The notes under the pieces are model-generated. The model had not been told where the DNA came from. It saw only the letters and a program-made list of their open reading frames with translations, and ran no database searches. A program made the translations under genes and the position numbers. This document shows positions 51,026 through 63,741 of a DNA stretch of 64,000 nucleotides, piece by piece; position 1 is the stretch's first letter, and the number at the start of each line of letters is the position of its first letter. The stretch spans positions 14,136,001-14,200,000 of the forward strand of contig NC_092674.1 of NCBI RefSeq assembly GCF_964355755.1, given 5' to 3'. This DNA is from Antedon mediterranea. Its lineage: Eukaryota; Animalia; Echinodermata.

Positions 51026-52294
51026 TGAAGTGACCTTTAAAGTTCAGTATATACATATATTTATCGGCTAAATTTTAGCATAGAAAATATAAGAACCGCG
51101 AACGTAAGACGTAGGCCTACCCACGGGCCAAGAGGTATTCTTTTATTATTCAACTATTCTAATGTTTTAACATCGCTAATCGCGCGACCCTTTGAAACTT
51201 GTCGTTCTATATGATGTGCGAGCGTGCGCGATGCTATATTCTAGGCGTTGGAGTAAACAACCCAACGAAAGTGACAGTGGGGAGACGTGTTAATGATCGT
51301 TGCGAATGAACTGCCGTTGCTTACAAAGGGAGCATACCGCCTCTCGTAACTACGCATTTTGGTCCCCGGATGTGTAGCATGGTCCCGGGTGTCTTGAGGC
51401 CAAGTAATAAGATAATAGAGTTACTGTATATTATATGTTTCATACAAAGGGACACCACCAGACAAGTAAATCCTATCCCTAGCAAGTAACTTTGATTCAG
51501 ATGTTGGTCCTTGGAACTTTTATACAGCCCAGATATCCACACGTGAACCGCACTGAAAATGAGTTCGTGAATTAGACGTTTTACTGTAATATTAAATATG
51601 TTTGTTACTAAAACAAGTTTGATCAAATAAATTCTACAATATTAGGGCCTAATAAATCATATTTTTCCTCAGAAATAAGGGGAATGGCGCTTCTGCACAC
51701 GTGCCTGTTTGTGAGTGAGAATCAATAATGCACTATGATTAATTTTAAGAGGTTCAGGGAAGTTACCATTTACATACTAACAACTTGCGTACGATTAGTG
51801 AGATAAGATTGGAACCAATCTCAGTACAAATCCTTTTTTTGTAAAACAATTGCCTTTTTTAAACGTCTATAAGATTTATGGTTGAATGAGCTTATTGAAA
51901 ACCGGATTGGTAAGTACTGTATGAATAATTTTATTTTTGGAAAGATACATTTCAACATTTCCTCATTTATGATGATAATTAGTGAACAAGGTAAATAAGC
52001 CTATGCGTTTTTTTTTTAAATTATCTTGGCGAATGTTCGTAAGACACACATTAAAACGTGAGGCAACGTATTTTAGGACAGAATATTGTTTTGTTGATAA
52101 CTATTTTATTATTTGTTTTATAATTATTCTTGTGTCCGAGATGTTTTAGTGGATTTTCATAATTATTAGGTTTGTCTTAATTTCCATCAATCTTATAAAG
52201 AAAGTAATTATATTTAGCTATTTTGATCGGCCTAAACCAGGCAAACTAGGATTTGTATATCTTTCCTAAAATTGAAAATAAACTCTTTTTTTGT

Positions 52295-52462
52295 GAGTGA
52301 GTGAGTGGCCGAGCGGTTAAGACAGTGGAACCGTAATTACGTAGCCATAACATCGGCAGGGGTTCGAGGCTCACTCACTCCATGGTTCTGGTGGTAGAAC
52401 GAGTCTTCTCGGATAAGGACTATAAACCGTAGGTCCAGTGTACACATCCAGATCGTGTGCAC
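52295..52462 (+). mobile_element. tRNA-derived SINE, 5' half
   Basis: A box tggccgagcgg, B box ggttcgagg, acceptor-like stem gagtgagtgag/ctcactcactc, then core cggataaggactataaaccgtaggtcc...gtgcac. Confidence 0.85.
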
Positions 52463-52465
52463 TTT

Positions 52466-55400
52466 TTTTTTTTTTTTTTAAATTTATTCTGGTTTATTAA
52501 AAACAAAGACATGGCAGTACAAAACTGAATTGCGTCCAGTAACATAAACATTCAATATAAAAATATATATATATATCTATATATAAATTTACGTAAGGGC
52601 AAAATTCGGTAAATTGCGCCTTACTTCTAGAATTTGTACTCGATGGTATATAAAGTTGGTTCGTACTTTCGGTACTGATTTTAACCACCTGATGTAACCC
52701 TGTTTACTAATTAAATTAAGTTAGATAATTAGTTATTGACGATTAAAACGAATTTAGGTTCAACGATTTGCCCCAAATAGGGGTGTTTTCCGATCGTGGT
52801 ATACACTGTCTAATGGATGTCCATCTTGAAAAATACCCGCCACAAAAATGCGAGGAGGCTTCGCATTTTCCTATCTCCTCCTACGATAATTGTTTTTAAT
52901 AGCTGAAAACCGGTTGAACAGCTAGAATACAGCATCATAATGTTGAAGACAGGCCGATTTTCTTAAAAAAATACTATTTTGATAGATTTAATATACGTTT
53001 ATACAAATGTATTGATTTGCGATGAATGGAACATCCCAATCTCTCAGTCTGCCAGAGTTTGGTTTAACACAAGTAGGTAAATTTATGAGCCCCTGGTTTA
53101 ACACATACGGTAGGTAAATATATGGGCCCTTTGAGAATAAACTTGCAATACTTTGACAATACTGTAAATACCTCATTTGAATCGAAAATTTCTTACTGTG
53201 AATGTTCGTACTGTTAGATGTAATATAAAAATATATACAAATAAACTTTATTACTGAGATTGTGGATAGGCTGTACTGTTAGATATATAAACACATTATT
53301 ATATACAAATAAACTTTATACTGACAGTTCCTTCTCAACGTTTGTATTAATTAATAATTACCAAAAATATAAACGTCGTAGTGGTGTATCATGACATGTA
53401 CTTTAATATTTCAATCGATTATGACAGTGACAGTTTTAACAAAGTATTATTTATTAAATCTCAAATGTTTTACTGTATTTAGAGGTATAGTATTTATAGG
53501 CCTATAAAACAAGAACAAAATATTTCGTTACTGAGTTGATAAAGAATATATTTAAAAATTGTTCCTCTTTGTACCTATCCGCTTTCCCATCCCTCAACCC
53601 TAATGTTACATACAAAACACAAATTGGGTTTCTTTAAATGAGGCCAAATCAAAAATTTGGACTCATTTTGATAAGTTTCTCCTTCGGAAGTAATTCACAG
53701 GGTGCTAATTTTAGTTGACTACACAAATCATCGTGTCTATTTATTCGTTTCTGTAAACGACAATGTATTATAGTCCTGCGGTACGTACATTTGAAATCGC
53801 CAGTTTTGCTACGCTGAAATTACTGTGTATTCGAGAACCATCTGTGGGCACGACCTAGATGGTACGCGAGCGAAGCGAGCGTACCATCTAGTATACAAAA
53901 TGCATTAAAAAAAAAAAAGAATATACAATTACAAACTTACAAAGATATATATCAAAAACGAGCAAAATTACACAACCATCTAATATAAAAATATATATAT
54001 ACACATAAATTCATAAAAAAAAAAAAAAAAAAATAAAGAATATACAATTACAAATTTAAAAACTGCGAGTAAAATTATTAATTATCCGTAGGCCTATCAA
54101 AATTAAGAATTGCATATATATATATTATTGCACTATAAGGTCATTGTTAATCAGGAATGGGAGTGTGGATTTCTTAAATCTTTCTGTTCTACATTTAATT
54201 TGGGATATTTTGTTTGCGTTTCTGAGAGATCTACCTGTCGCTTCAGCACGGGTATTGGGGATAATATTACTAAATTTTTCATGGACACTCCTCCCAAACT
54301 TCAGAAAAAGCTGGAGACGACGGTCACAGAGCCTATCAAGAGAAAATTTCTTTAGGGCTGCAGTGTACGAATAGTACCTCCTCCCTAGTAAAATTCTTAA
54401 AAACCTCTTCTGGACCGATTCCAGGTCAAAGCTTAATTCGGAAGTCAGGGAGGAGTGCCAGGTTGGACAAGCATATTCAATTATGGGGCGTATGAAAGAT
54501 TTATAAATCTTAATTAACTGATCTTCTGGTGCACCAAATCTTTTAAGTACCTACACAATATGCATGGCTTTATTGGCCTTGCTAACGATCTCACCAATGT
54601 GTGTATCCCACTTAAGGTTATCTTGGATAGTTACACCTAAAAGCTTCAATTGCTTAACAGTCTCAACTTGGACTCCATTATTAGTCAGTAAATCATAGTA
54701 ACCAGGAGTTTTGCAAAAGTTAATCTCCACTGATTTACACTTATTAGGGTTAAGGGACATTTTATTTATTTTACACCATTCCTCTAAATTACTAAAGTAC
54801 GATTGAATAGAGTCCTGACAGTTATTTTTTGAGATATCAGCGAAGGTTAGATCGTCGACAAATTTCCACCTTGTAATGCAATCTGATGCCGAGTCATTGA
54901 CCATTACTTAAAAAAGGCTTGGGCCAGATTTCGTTCCTTGCGGAACACCGCAAAATATAGATGTCCAACTGGAAATAGCGCTACCATAGAGCACTCTTTG
55001 TTCTCTACACGTTAGGAAGCTACAGAACCACGGGATGATAGATTTCCTGACACCAATTGATATCATCTTACTGATTAGTACCTGGTGTCTAATACGGTCG
55101 AAAGCTTTGCTGAAATCTACAGCAAGAATTCGTGCTTTGTGACCAGGTTTTTCCAGTCCAGAAAGAAGGTAGTGTAAGAGTCCAATAAGGTAATGACTCG
55201 TGCTGATACCTTTGACATTACCAAACTGCTGTTTATCTATAATGGTAGATAGGTCTTCATTTAACCATTTAGTTAGAAAATGTTCAAAGATTCGGATAAA
55301 CAGTGGCGTAAGCGAGATCGGTCTAATCTGTTCTATACTGACTGTACCTTTTTTCTTTGGTATCGGTATAACGGTAGCTTGTTTCCAAGCTTTGGGTACA

Positions 55401-57467
55401 ATACCTTCTTTCAAAGAAGAATTAAATATATGCGTTAGGGGTTCTGCTATTTCGGGTGCAAATTCTTTGATGATAACTGGTGGAATTTCTCCAGGTGGAA
55501 CTGATTTATTAATCTGCACTTTTAATAATTGTTGTTTAACTTCAAAGCATAAAATTTGTGGCGGTGGACTCTCAGCTGGGAGGTATGTAGGTAATTCGTC
55601 AAGTTTGAGAGGATCCAGTTCACGACAAATTTTTGCGAGGTGTTCATTAATTTGTTTAGAGGCAACGGAATCTGGGATCGGTAAAGGATTATCAAATGTA
55701 ATTCTTGGTTTGTCTTTACGTTTACCACAAATCTGCTTCACTTTGTCGTACCATTTTCGGGGATTGCTCACCTCAAGCATTTTTACTTTATAACGATAGT
55801 ACTTCTCCTTAGCTTTCTTTATTTCCCATATTACCTTATTTCTAAGTGTTTTGTAACGTTCATGTTTTTTCTTCCTAAAAGCAGTTTGTCTATACCTGAT
55901 AAGTTTTTTAATGTATGGAGTGATCAAAGGTCTATCGGTAGAATACACTCGCAAATGTTTGGTAGGAAAACACTTGTTGTATGCGGAGGTGAGGGTATCG
56001 TTCATTATGTTCACTTTATCATCTACATCTTTTATATTATAGACCTGTGACCAGTCAAATTTGGTAATCCAGTTTTCGAAGCTTCTCATCGACGAATCAG
56101 TACAAGGCTTAAAAATCTTTGTAACCATTTTACCATTACACTTAATTGAGTTCAGCGGTTTCCAAATAATGACATTGTGATCACTTTTTCCAAGTGGGGC
56201 TTGAATTGTAGGAGTCATATAAAAATCTTTAAGGTCCGAAATTATGAGATCAAGAATTTTGTCTCCTCTGGTTTTATCCTTAACAACTTGGTGCAAATCA
56301 ACGACATGTTTAATTAGAGAGGAGATATCAACACTGTTGAAATCCCCAGCAATAATGACTTTCGCTAAATTTCTTCTTGAACGGATAGTGTCAATCGAAT
56401 TTCTAAGATGGTTTAAGAGGTCACGTTGATGGTCTTTGTTTTGGCTGGGGCTACAATAAATGGTACACACATATATTTCAGAAACTTCACGGGGAAGCTT
56501 ATAAGGCTGTAATTTGACCCAAACACATTCTAGTTCGTCTGGAACAGTAATAAAATCAACGTGATCAGAAGGAATGCTGTTGTGGACGTAGGTTGCTACA
56601 CCTCCTCCTCTGGTATTTGTGCGGCTCTTATAGAAAATGTTATAGTTACTGACCTTGCAAATATAGTCTCCATTAAACCATGTTTCCGCAAGTGTACAAA
56701 CTTGGATGTTATTATGTTCGAGTGTTACCTGAAGGTCTTCCATTTTATTACAAATAGAACATGGATTCGTAAATAGAAAAGTGGGAAACTGGTATTTCGT
56801 CACTTTATTATTATTAATCTTATTAATATTAGCTGAGGTAGATATTGGAATCAGGTTAGATTGATTGACGCTTCCTGATTTATTTAGTCTAACTGAACGG
56901 TGTGTGATCAAAGTATCAATTGTTTTCCTCATTTTACGGCCACCGCGACGTCCTCGGTGACGTCTACGGTTTTTTATGACACCTTTTCCTTGCCATATAA
57001 TAGGTTCGTTTCCGTTACGAAATATTCCATTTTCTATTAGGGTTTTACAGCAAAAATCGTTCAGTATTTTACTCTCGCATGTAGAAGAAAGAAGTAAAAT
57101 TTCATTTCGAGTATAGCAAATCATCGTTTAGGTTGAAATGACCGATTTATGTTAGGCCTACGCAAGGTCAAGTATGAGCTCCACTTAATTGACCGTAACG
57201 GACGCGACAAGCACACCACCTGCAGGCTCACTACGTACGTATTCCCAACACAACAGGGCTACCTATACATAGCCTATAGGCGCCTAGGTTCAAATTATCA
57301 TCCGGAGAGTAAACAAAACCTCGCACAAAATTAGGTTATCCACAAACAAAAAACATCAAAATATGATACAAATTAGCACAAACTATTGTACGACAACCAT
57401 AACAAAGTTAATCCAAACAAAAACGGAGAAGGCTGCTACCGACGTACTCACAGCGCCAAATTTACAT
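52466..57467 (-). mobile_element. Near full-length single-ORF L2/CR1-group LINE (APE + RT, FVDD type) inserted into the SINE
   Basis: ORF 54908..57124 (ETW, GGGVATY, GDFN, SDHN, IRPISLT, VDFSKAFD, GVPQGT) frameshifts into 54551..54904 (RWKFVDDLT); 3' tail gcaattcag...ctgc, aataaa and poly-A ending near 52466; cttt at both junctions. Confidence 0.9.
52576..53891 (+). mobile_element. Non-autonomous Helitron, complete copy 3, inside the LINE 3' UTR
   Basis: A|TC start at 52576, 13-bp-stem hairpin ctagatggtacgc...gcgtaccatctag (53855-53891), CTAG|T end, no TSD. Confidence 0.9.
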
Positions 57468-57623
57468 CTTTAAAGAACCTAGTACATCTTTCGAGACGAG
57501 TAGGGGGTTACCCCGGTGTATTAGTACATCACAGCCACTGATCACCAACTGGGCCCTCTGGGAGACCAGTCTTTGACTGAAGAGGTTACCCAGTATAAAT
57601 ATATATTTCAATTCAATTCAATT
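57468..57623 (+). mobile_element. tRNA-derived SINE, 3' half
   Basis: tttaaagaacc...gagtagggggttaccccgg continues the core broken at 52462; (ttcaa)n tail. Confidence 0.75.
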
Positions 57624-57629
57624 TATTGT

Positions 57630-57866
57630 CATCCCAATTCAGAGAAAAATTAACGTTATACGAGCACGTCAAAAGTGACAGGCTACGGACGTGTAAATTA
57701 AAAAATATAAATGTTTTTAAACATTTCAACATTTTTAAACATGTTTAGTAATTTTGGTCAGTATAGTTCACTATGTCGGTGGGTCTGTCGGTCTGTCTGT
57801 CGGTCTGTCTGTCGGTCGGTATCACTATGCATTGTAGCACGCGACTTAATGGCTGTTGGCCTTGTT
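57630..57866 (+). mobile_element. Helentron/DINE-1-like (HINE) fragment
   Basis: (gtct/gtcg)n microsatellite, gcacgcgact subterminal repeat, short 3' hairpin ending ttgtt; related ends at 20515-20585 and 48895-48985. Confidence 0.45.
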
Positions 57867-59549
57867 ATATATTTGTTGCTGTTAGGATAAAAAATATTTC
57901 ACTTCAAAGACTTTCCAAAATAGTGATACACAACAATGACAACAAAAAAGAGGTGAAAACAAATTCTATTTTACGTTCTTGTCACTATAAATATTTTGAA
58001 CAACTGAGTTGGACAAAAAGGTGCGTTATATTGGTTCAAATGTGCAAAGTTGAAATAAAAAAGATATTTCGAAACCAGTGTTACACTGTAAAAATAATTT
58101 TGGAAAAGACACAAATAAAGCATAAATCAGCAATTATCACTGCCTACAGTACTTATCAACAAAACCACATCACCAAACGCGTGGTCATAAAGCAAATATT
58201 CAATTCACAGTCATTCATTTTCTGATTTGTTAAAAAAATTAATTTGTGTATTGTTTTATATTATTGTAATTCGATGTTTTCTTTATTTTTAGTATTATAA
58301 TGACAATTATTATCGTATTGTCAATAAGGATTTAGTCGAGTCGACTTTAGATCTGCAAGTAAGTAACACAGAAGATGTTCTCTTGTGCGTTGTCGGGTGG
58401 TGATTGAATCTGAGTTGAACATTTTTAATAAGTAGGCTATTTATTAGATTTTCCTAATACTTAACGTCACCCTTAATATGTATTAACTGTCCTTTTTAAA
58501 TTTTCGACTTACAGTATATTCAATATATTTCATTCTTGTGTTGTGTTAAGTAGCTAACATTATGAATAGTTTGTCTTGAATGAAGTTTAATTTAATTTTA
58601 ATTGCATGTTTATTGTATTTTATTTGTCTGTAATTGCAGTATTAATTTGTTTAAAATGAATCTTATGAGTGTTTACAGAAACAATGGTACTTCCTATACA
58701 GAAGTATAGTAGTATTGTCGTGGATGCGCCAAACTTCCAATGACACAAACGCACGCACACAGTACAGGCCAATGATTAAAAACCTAAACATTTGTATAGG
58801 TTTTCTTTGTAGTTTAGGCCTATATAAGTTTCAGATTGTTATTTGTAAATTAAAGTGCAATTAACACTACAATCGTCATATTTCATTTAGAGTAGTACGT
58901 CCTGTACTTAAAATTTACTTTTACAATAATTGACTCACGGTTGTATTGCGTCGCCCTTCCACATAACCTTTTATCCCATCCCATCCTATTGAAATCGAAT
59001 TTAGACATTGTAGGCCTAAATAGATTTGTTATGAATGTGACAAAATGCTTTGATACATGCTTAAATGAACTCTCATAGAACTGTCTATTATAGTTACGAA
59101 AAATATTCCAACAAATAAAATTATATTGTTGTGACGTCACACCAAAAATCGTATTTGGTACGCTACCAATAATAGGCCTACTACTGTTTTAATAGTATAA
59201 AGATTTCTCGGCTATATAAATAAAAGAAGGGGTACTATACAGCTAGAGCTGTTCCGCTTTTTGATAATCTCAACCGGCTTTACAGATTGTTGTTATCAAT
59301 TCGGTTCGAACGTAAACGAGTTGGCAGTAAAATGAATAGAAGTTTTAAAAAGGAAGTAAAAGAGAGGCGTAGGTAATGAAGGTGGCCGAATAAGGCCTAT
59401 TTCACATCTTTTTGTTTGATGGATGCGTTTATACCTATTATAGATACTGTCAACATTTTGTAGAAGAATGGTGCTCAGTTTAATTGCTTAATTATTTAAA
59501 AAATCGAAAACAATTTTTTAATTTTAAAGGAAAAAAATATGACATTTTA

Positions 59550-60702
59550 AATGTCAACTATGGGGTACCATAAGGCTCAATTCTTGGGCCTTTGTTGTTT
59601 ATTTTATACATAAATGACTTACATGATAGTGTTGATGGGATTTGTAAAACAGTCCTCTATGCAGACGACACTGCGCTTTTTTATGCATTTAAATCAAATG
59701 AAGAGCTAACAGTTTTAACTGAACAGTTGGAAAATGTAAAACAATGGTTAGATAAACATAAATTAACTCTAAACATTGGATAAAACCAAATATATGCGTT
59801 TTGGTACTCATGCACGTGTTAATAAAACAACAGATGAAACAGTAATTTTTGATAACATTCCGATTGACAAAGTTGAAATGTTTAAATATTTGGGACTTAT
59901 ACATTTGATGAACAACTCTCATGGAAAGTACATATTGATTCTATATGTGCAAAACTATCAAAAATTCTACATCTATTTCATAGATTGAAAAGTTTTACAT
60001 CTCCTAAAATTATTAAAAGATTATACAATGCTCTATTTTTATCACATATTGACTATTGTTCAACAGTCTGGGGTACTGGTTCAAAGGCCCATATTTTAAA
60101 ATTGCAAAGGGTACAAAATAGAGCTGCACGATTAATACTAGGTGCTGATATTCGAACTCCTGTAAGACAAATGCATTGATTTAGGTTGGCTAACAATTAA
60201 GACGAGAATTGAATATCATACAATTTGTATAATATTTAGATGTTTAGAAGAATCTGTACCTTCATACTTATGTGATACTTTGCAATATATTAGTAGTGTA
60301 CACAATATTCCAACCAGAAACTATGAAAATAATATGTTGTATTTGCCCAGATGTAACCTCGAAATATACAAACGTAGTTTTGTTTATTATGGAAGTTCAC
60401 TCTGGAATGGCCTACCTTATGAATTAAGAAAACAAAACAATTATAACCGTTTTAAATCACTTGTTAAGATTCATTTATTGTTGCCGGTGGTCTAGAATGG
60501 TTGCAGTGAAATATATTTAAATATGGTATAAAAGTTATAATAATAATGAGAACATGCATTGAAGTTTAGTTTTAGTTTAAGTTTAGTTTAAGTTGTTTTA
60601 AAATTATGTTTAAATGTGCCGTAGGGCCCCTCGGAAGAGCAGTTTTATTTTATTACTGAGATGGCTACCCTACTGAAAGAAAACGAAATAAATAAATAAA
60701 TA
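59550..60702 (+). mobile_element. L2/Crack-like LINE 3' part, decayed
   Basis: [50 protein letters not shown]; stem-loop and (aaat)n tail. Confidence 0.88.
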
Positions 60703-60965
60703 TAGACATGGCGACGTGATTTCGTTCGTACTACCATTTTGATCAGTAAAGTACGATGCAAACAACGAGTTGAATCCCTAAGATTTTATTTGGTCATTAC
60801 AAACAGAATCATTTAAAAGAAAAGTTGTCTACACAGGTTCTCTTTGACTTAATAAAAGACCAAAACTGTTTTAAGTTATCAGATTTGTTCAAACGATCGG
60901 CTATAAGAACGTTCAATTGAATATTTTATTTTATTTCGTAGGCTATTCTCTTTATCTCAGTCATA
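60703..60965. repeat. Near-identical duplicate of 43569-43843
   Basis: Same decayed LINE sequence; differs by a small indel and a few substitutions. Confidence 0.9.
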
Positions 60966-62260
60966 CAGTGGGAAAGCCACTTCGCGTTTTGACCGTTAAA
61001 TCGTGTAAAATCGACTTACTTCCACATTGACGATTTTGAAGCGCCACCTATCGTTGAAAACTGAAACCACGATTTTTCGTCGCCTAGCAAATAAGTGCTG
61101 TTTTATTTTAAGCTCTCATGAATATTTAAGAACCGCCCAACATTACCTATTATGGTAAAAGCATTTCCTAATAAGTATAATTGAATAACCAATCGGTTTC
61201 CTTCAAAGAAACCGAAGCTAATACAATACATTCGGCGACTGAAGTCGGGACTCGTGAAATTTATAAATGTGGTACGATTTGACTACTGTTTAATTGTCCA
61301 TTTTCTGAATAGTCGGAGGTGCATCCCAACAAATTAAAAAAATTATAATCAATTGTTTTATCAAGAATAATATTAGTTTAATCGAGTATGATATATTTCT
61401 ATCCTGTTCAAAATGTGTTGGTGTATTCTCAGGCCTCGAAAGGTAGGTACATTTTCTAGCTGTGAGCGTGGACGATAGCGAGACGTGTGTTGTACTGTGT
61501 TGATGCTGATCCGATAGTCGTTAAGTTGTACTGATTACGAGTATCATTGGTCCTGGTCGGCCTAGCCTGGTGATCCCCCCCAAAAAATACTTTTTTTCAA
61601 TCAGTATTAATATTATTATTTAATTTTTCATTTAGTATTTGATTTATTAGGCTCAATAGATGCCTAGCTAGGCTACTACTACTAGTAGGCCTAGATTATA
61701 TAAATAATAATAGTAAATACTGTAATTTAATTAATAAAATACAGCTTCCATTTGCCTTACTTTCATGTCATCATATAATATTATAATTATATATACAACC
61801 AGACATTAACATTTTTTTTAAATAATATTTATTATTTTTTCTGACACTTTCAGGAATCGTTGATGATGCAGAGTTCTTTGAGTCTTTGTGACTTCAAACT
61901 GAGAGTGAAGTGGATAAAAAGATGACACCGGTACCTACAGACATTAGAGAGCTTTCGCTATCTCGATCGGGAACGAGAACCAGCATTAATTACCGGTTCT
62001 CGATCTCGTACTCGTTTTAAGAACAAATGTAGTTTCGTATCCTCGATCACCGATAATATGAAAACTATAGGTGGCAGCAGAGTTCTGGTACGCTTCAAAG
62101 CATACGATATAAACAAAAACAAACTACTGTAGGCCTACTGTATAGTAGTACAGTAGTAGTACTGTGTACACTCGATCGTAACTAATCGGCACCAGGTCCT
62201 TGGGTACTATTAAAGTAACGTGAAAATGGCCGAAAATTTGGTAGATTTTGCAACAATTAT

Positions 62261-62608
62261 TTGGAAGGTCATTACTGCTTGTATGGAGATCCAGCGTATC
62301 CTATACGCCCATGGCTGATTTCACCGTTCAGACAAGGAGCTGCTAACTTAGATCAGCGTCAGCAGGAGTTCAATGCTGCCATGTCTTCTGTACGTGTTTG
62401 TGTGGAGTGGGTATTTGGAAAGATGCTACAGAACTGGGCTTTTGTGGACTTCAAGAAAGACCTTAAGGTGTTTTTACAACCAGTGGCAAAATACTATATT
62501 GTGGCTGGTTTGCTAACCAATTGTCATACTTGTTTGTATGGGTCAGTAACTGGATCATTTTTTGAAGTCGAACCCCCAACACTCGAGGAGTATTTGGGCA
62601 ACGCTTAA
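62261..62608 (+). pseudogene. PIF/Harbinger (HARBI1-like) DDE transposase C-terminal fragment
   Basis: LYGDPAYP, FNAAMSSVRVCVEWVFG, GLLTNCHTCLYG, PPTLEEY; N-terminal part absent. Confidence 0.9.
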
Positions 62609-62776
62609 TTGAAAACTATAATAGATCCTCAACATAATTATCAATTGCAAATATATGTATTTATTGCACTACTACTACCATAGGTCAAAATTACTTTTCA
62701 ATTACTATATTTATAAACAGTCTACTATGCTAAATTTCATATTTAATTAGATTGTATATAACATTACTATCCACTT

Positions 62777-63512
62777 AGTAACGAAATATTGTTTTGATAT
62801 TAAATGTTTTATAGGCCTATCAATAATATACCACTAAACACAGTAAAGAAGTACGATTTACAATACTTTTTTAAAACTGTCCCTGTATTCACAGTAAGAC
62901 AATTTTGATTCAAATGCCAAACAAAATGATTAATATGTACAGTATTTTACAATATTGTCAAAGTATTGCAATATTATATGTAAGTTTTATTCTTCAGGGC
63001 CCATAAATTTACCTACTTGTGTTAAACCATGGGCTCATAAATTTATCTACAAACTGGGAGTCTGATAGATTGGAATGTTCCATTCATCGCAAATCAATAC
63101 ATTTGTATAAACGTATATTAAATCTATCAAAATAGTATTTTTTTAAAAGAAAATCGGCCTGTCTTCAACATTATGATACTGTACTCGAGCTGTTCAACCG
63201 GTTTTCAGCTATTAAAAACAATTATTGTAGGAGGAGATAGGAATTGTGTGCAGGTATTTTTTCATGAGAACATCCATTAGACAGTGTATACAAAGATCGG
63301 AAAACACCCTATTTGGGGCAAATCGTTGAACCTAAATTCGTTTTAATCATCAATAACTAATTATCTAACTAAATTTAATTAGTAAACAGGGTTACATCAG
63401 GTGGTTAAAATCACTACCGAGATTCTAACCAACTTTATATACCATCGAGTAAACATTCTAGAAATAACACGCGATTTACCGAGTTTTGCACTTACGTAAA
63501 TTTATATATAGA
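62777..63512 (-). mobile_element. Non-autonomous Helitron, 3'-truncated copy 4
   Basis: A|TCtatatataaatttacgtaag start on the minus strand; homologous to 27735-28412. Confidence 0.85.
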
Positions 63513-63529
63513 TAGTGAGAATAAATAAA

Positions 63530-63741
63530 TTATTTATTGGCAAATGCCTTCAAACACTCTATTAGAGCGTCCCTCTCTTCTTTTTCTCTCTCTCTTCTGA
63601 AAAACGCCTCCTCCCTCTGCAACTGCAGCTCTTGCCTTCTAACCTCCAACTCCCTTTCCTTAAGATCCAGTTCTCTATTCTTCATAGTTGTGTAATTATG
63701 AAGTGAATTTGTCTTCATCTTTTTTTTTTCACTGGTTTTAT
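63530..63741 (-). CDS. Terminal exon of a charged coiled-coil protein, likely the Harbinger second (Myb/SANT-like) ORF
   Basis: CAG acceptor at 63742-63744; RELDLKERELEVRRQELQLQREE...*; converges on the transposase fragment. Confidence 0.5.

Noticed and set aside
52295-52381. Functional tRNA gene
   Set aside because: The anticodon/variable region does not fold canonically and the sequence runs on into a SINE body.
26980-57623. Rex1-like LINE (ttgaa)n tail as partner of the SINE (ttcaa)n tail
   Set aside because: In sense orientation the repeats are reverse complements rather than identical, and the upstream tail sequences do not match.
57773-58225. 150-aa ORF
   Set aside because: Starts in a microsatellite and crosses a repeated intronic block (homologue about 15740-15940); no domain motifs.
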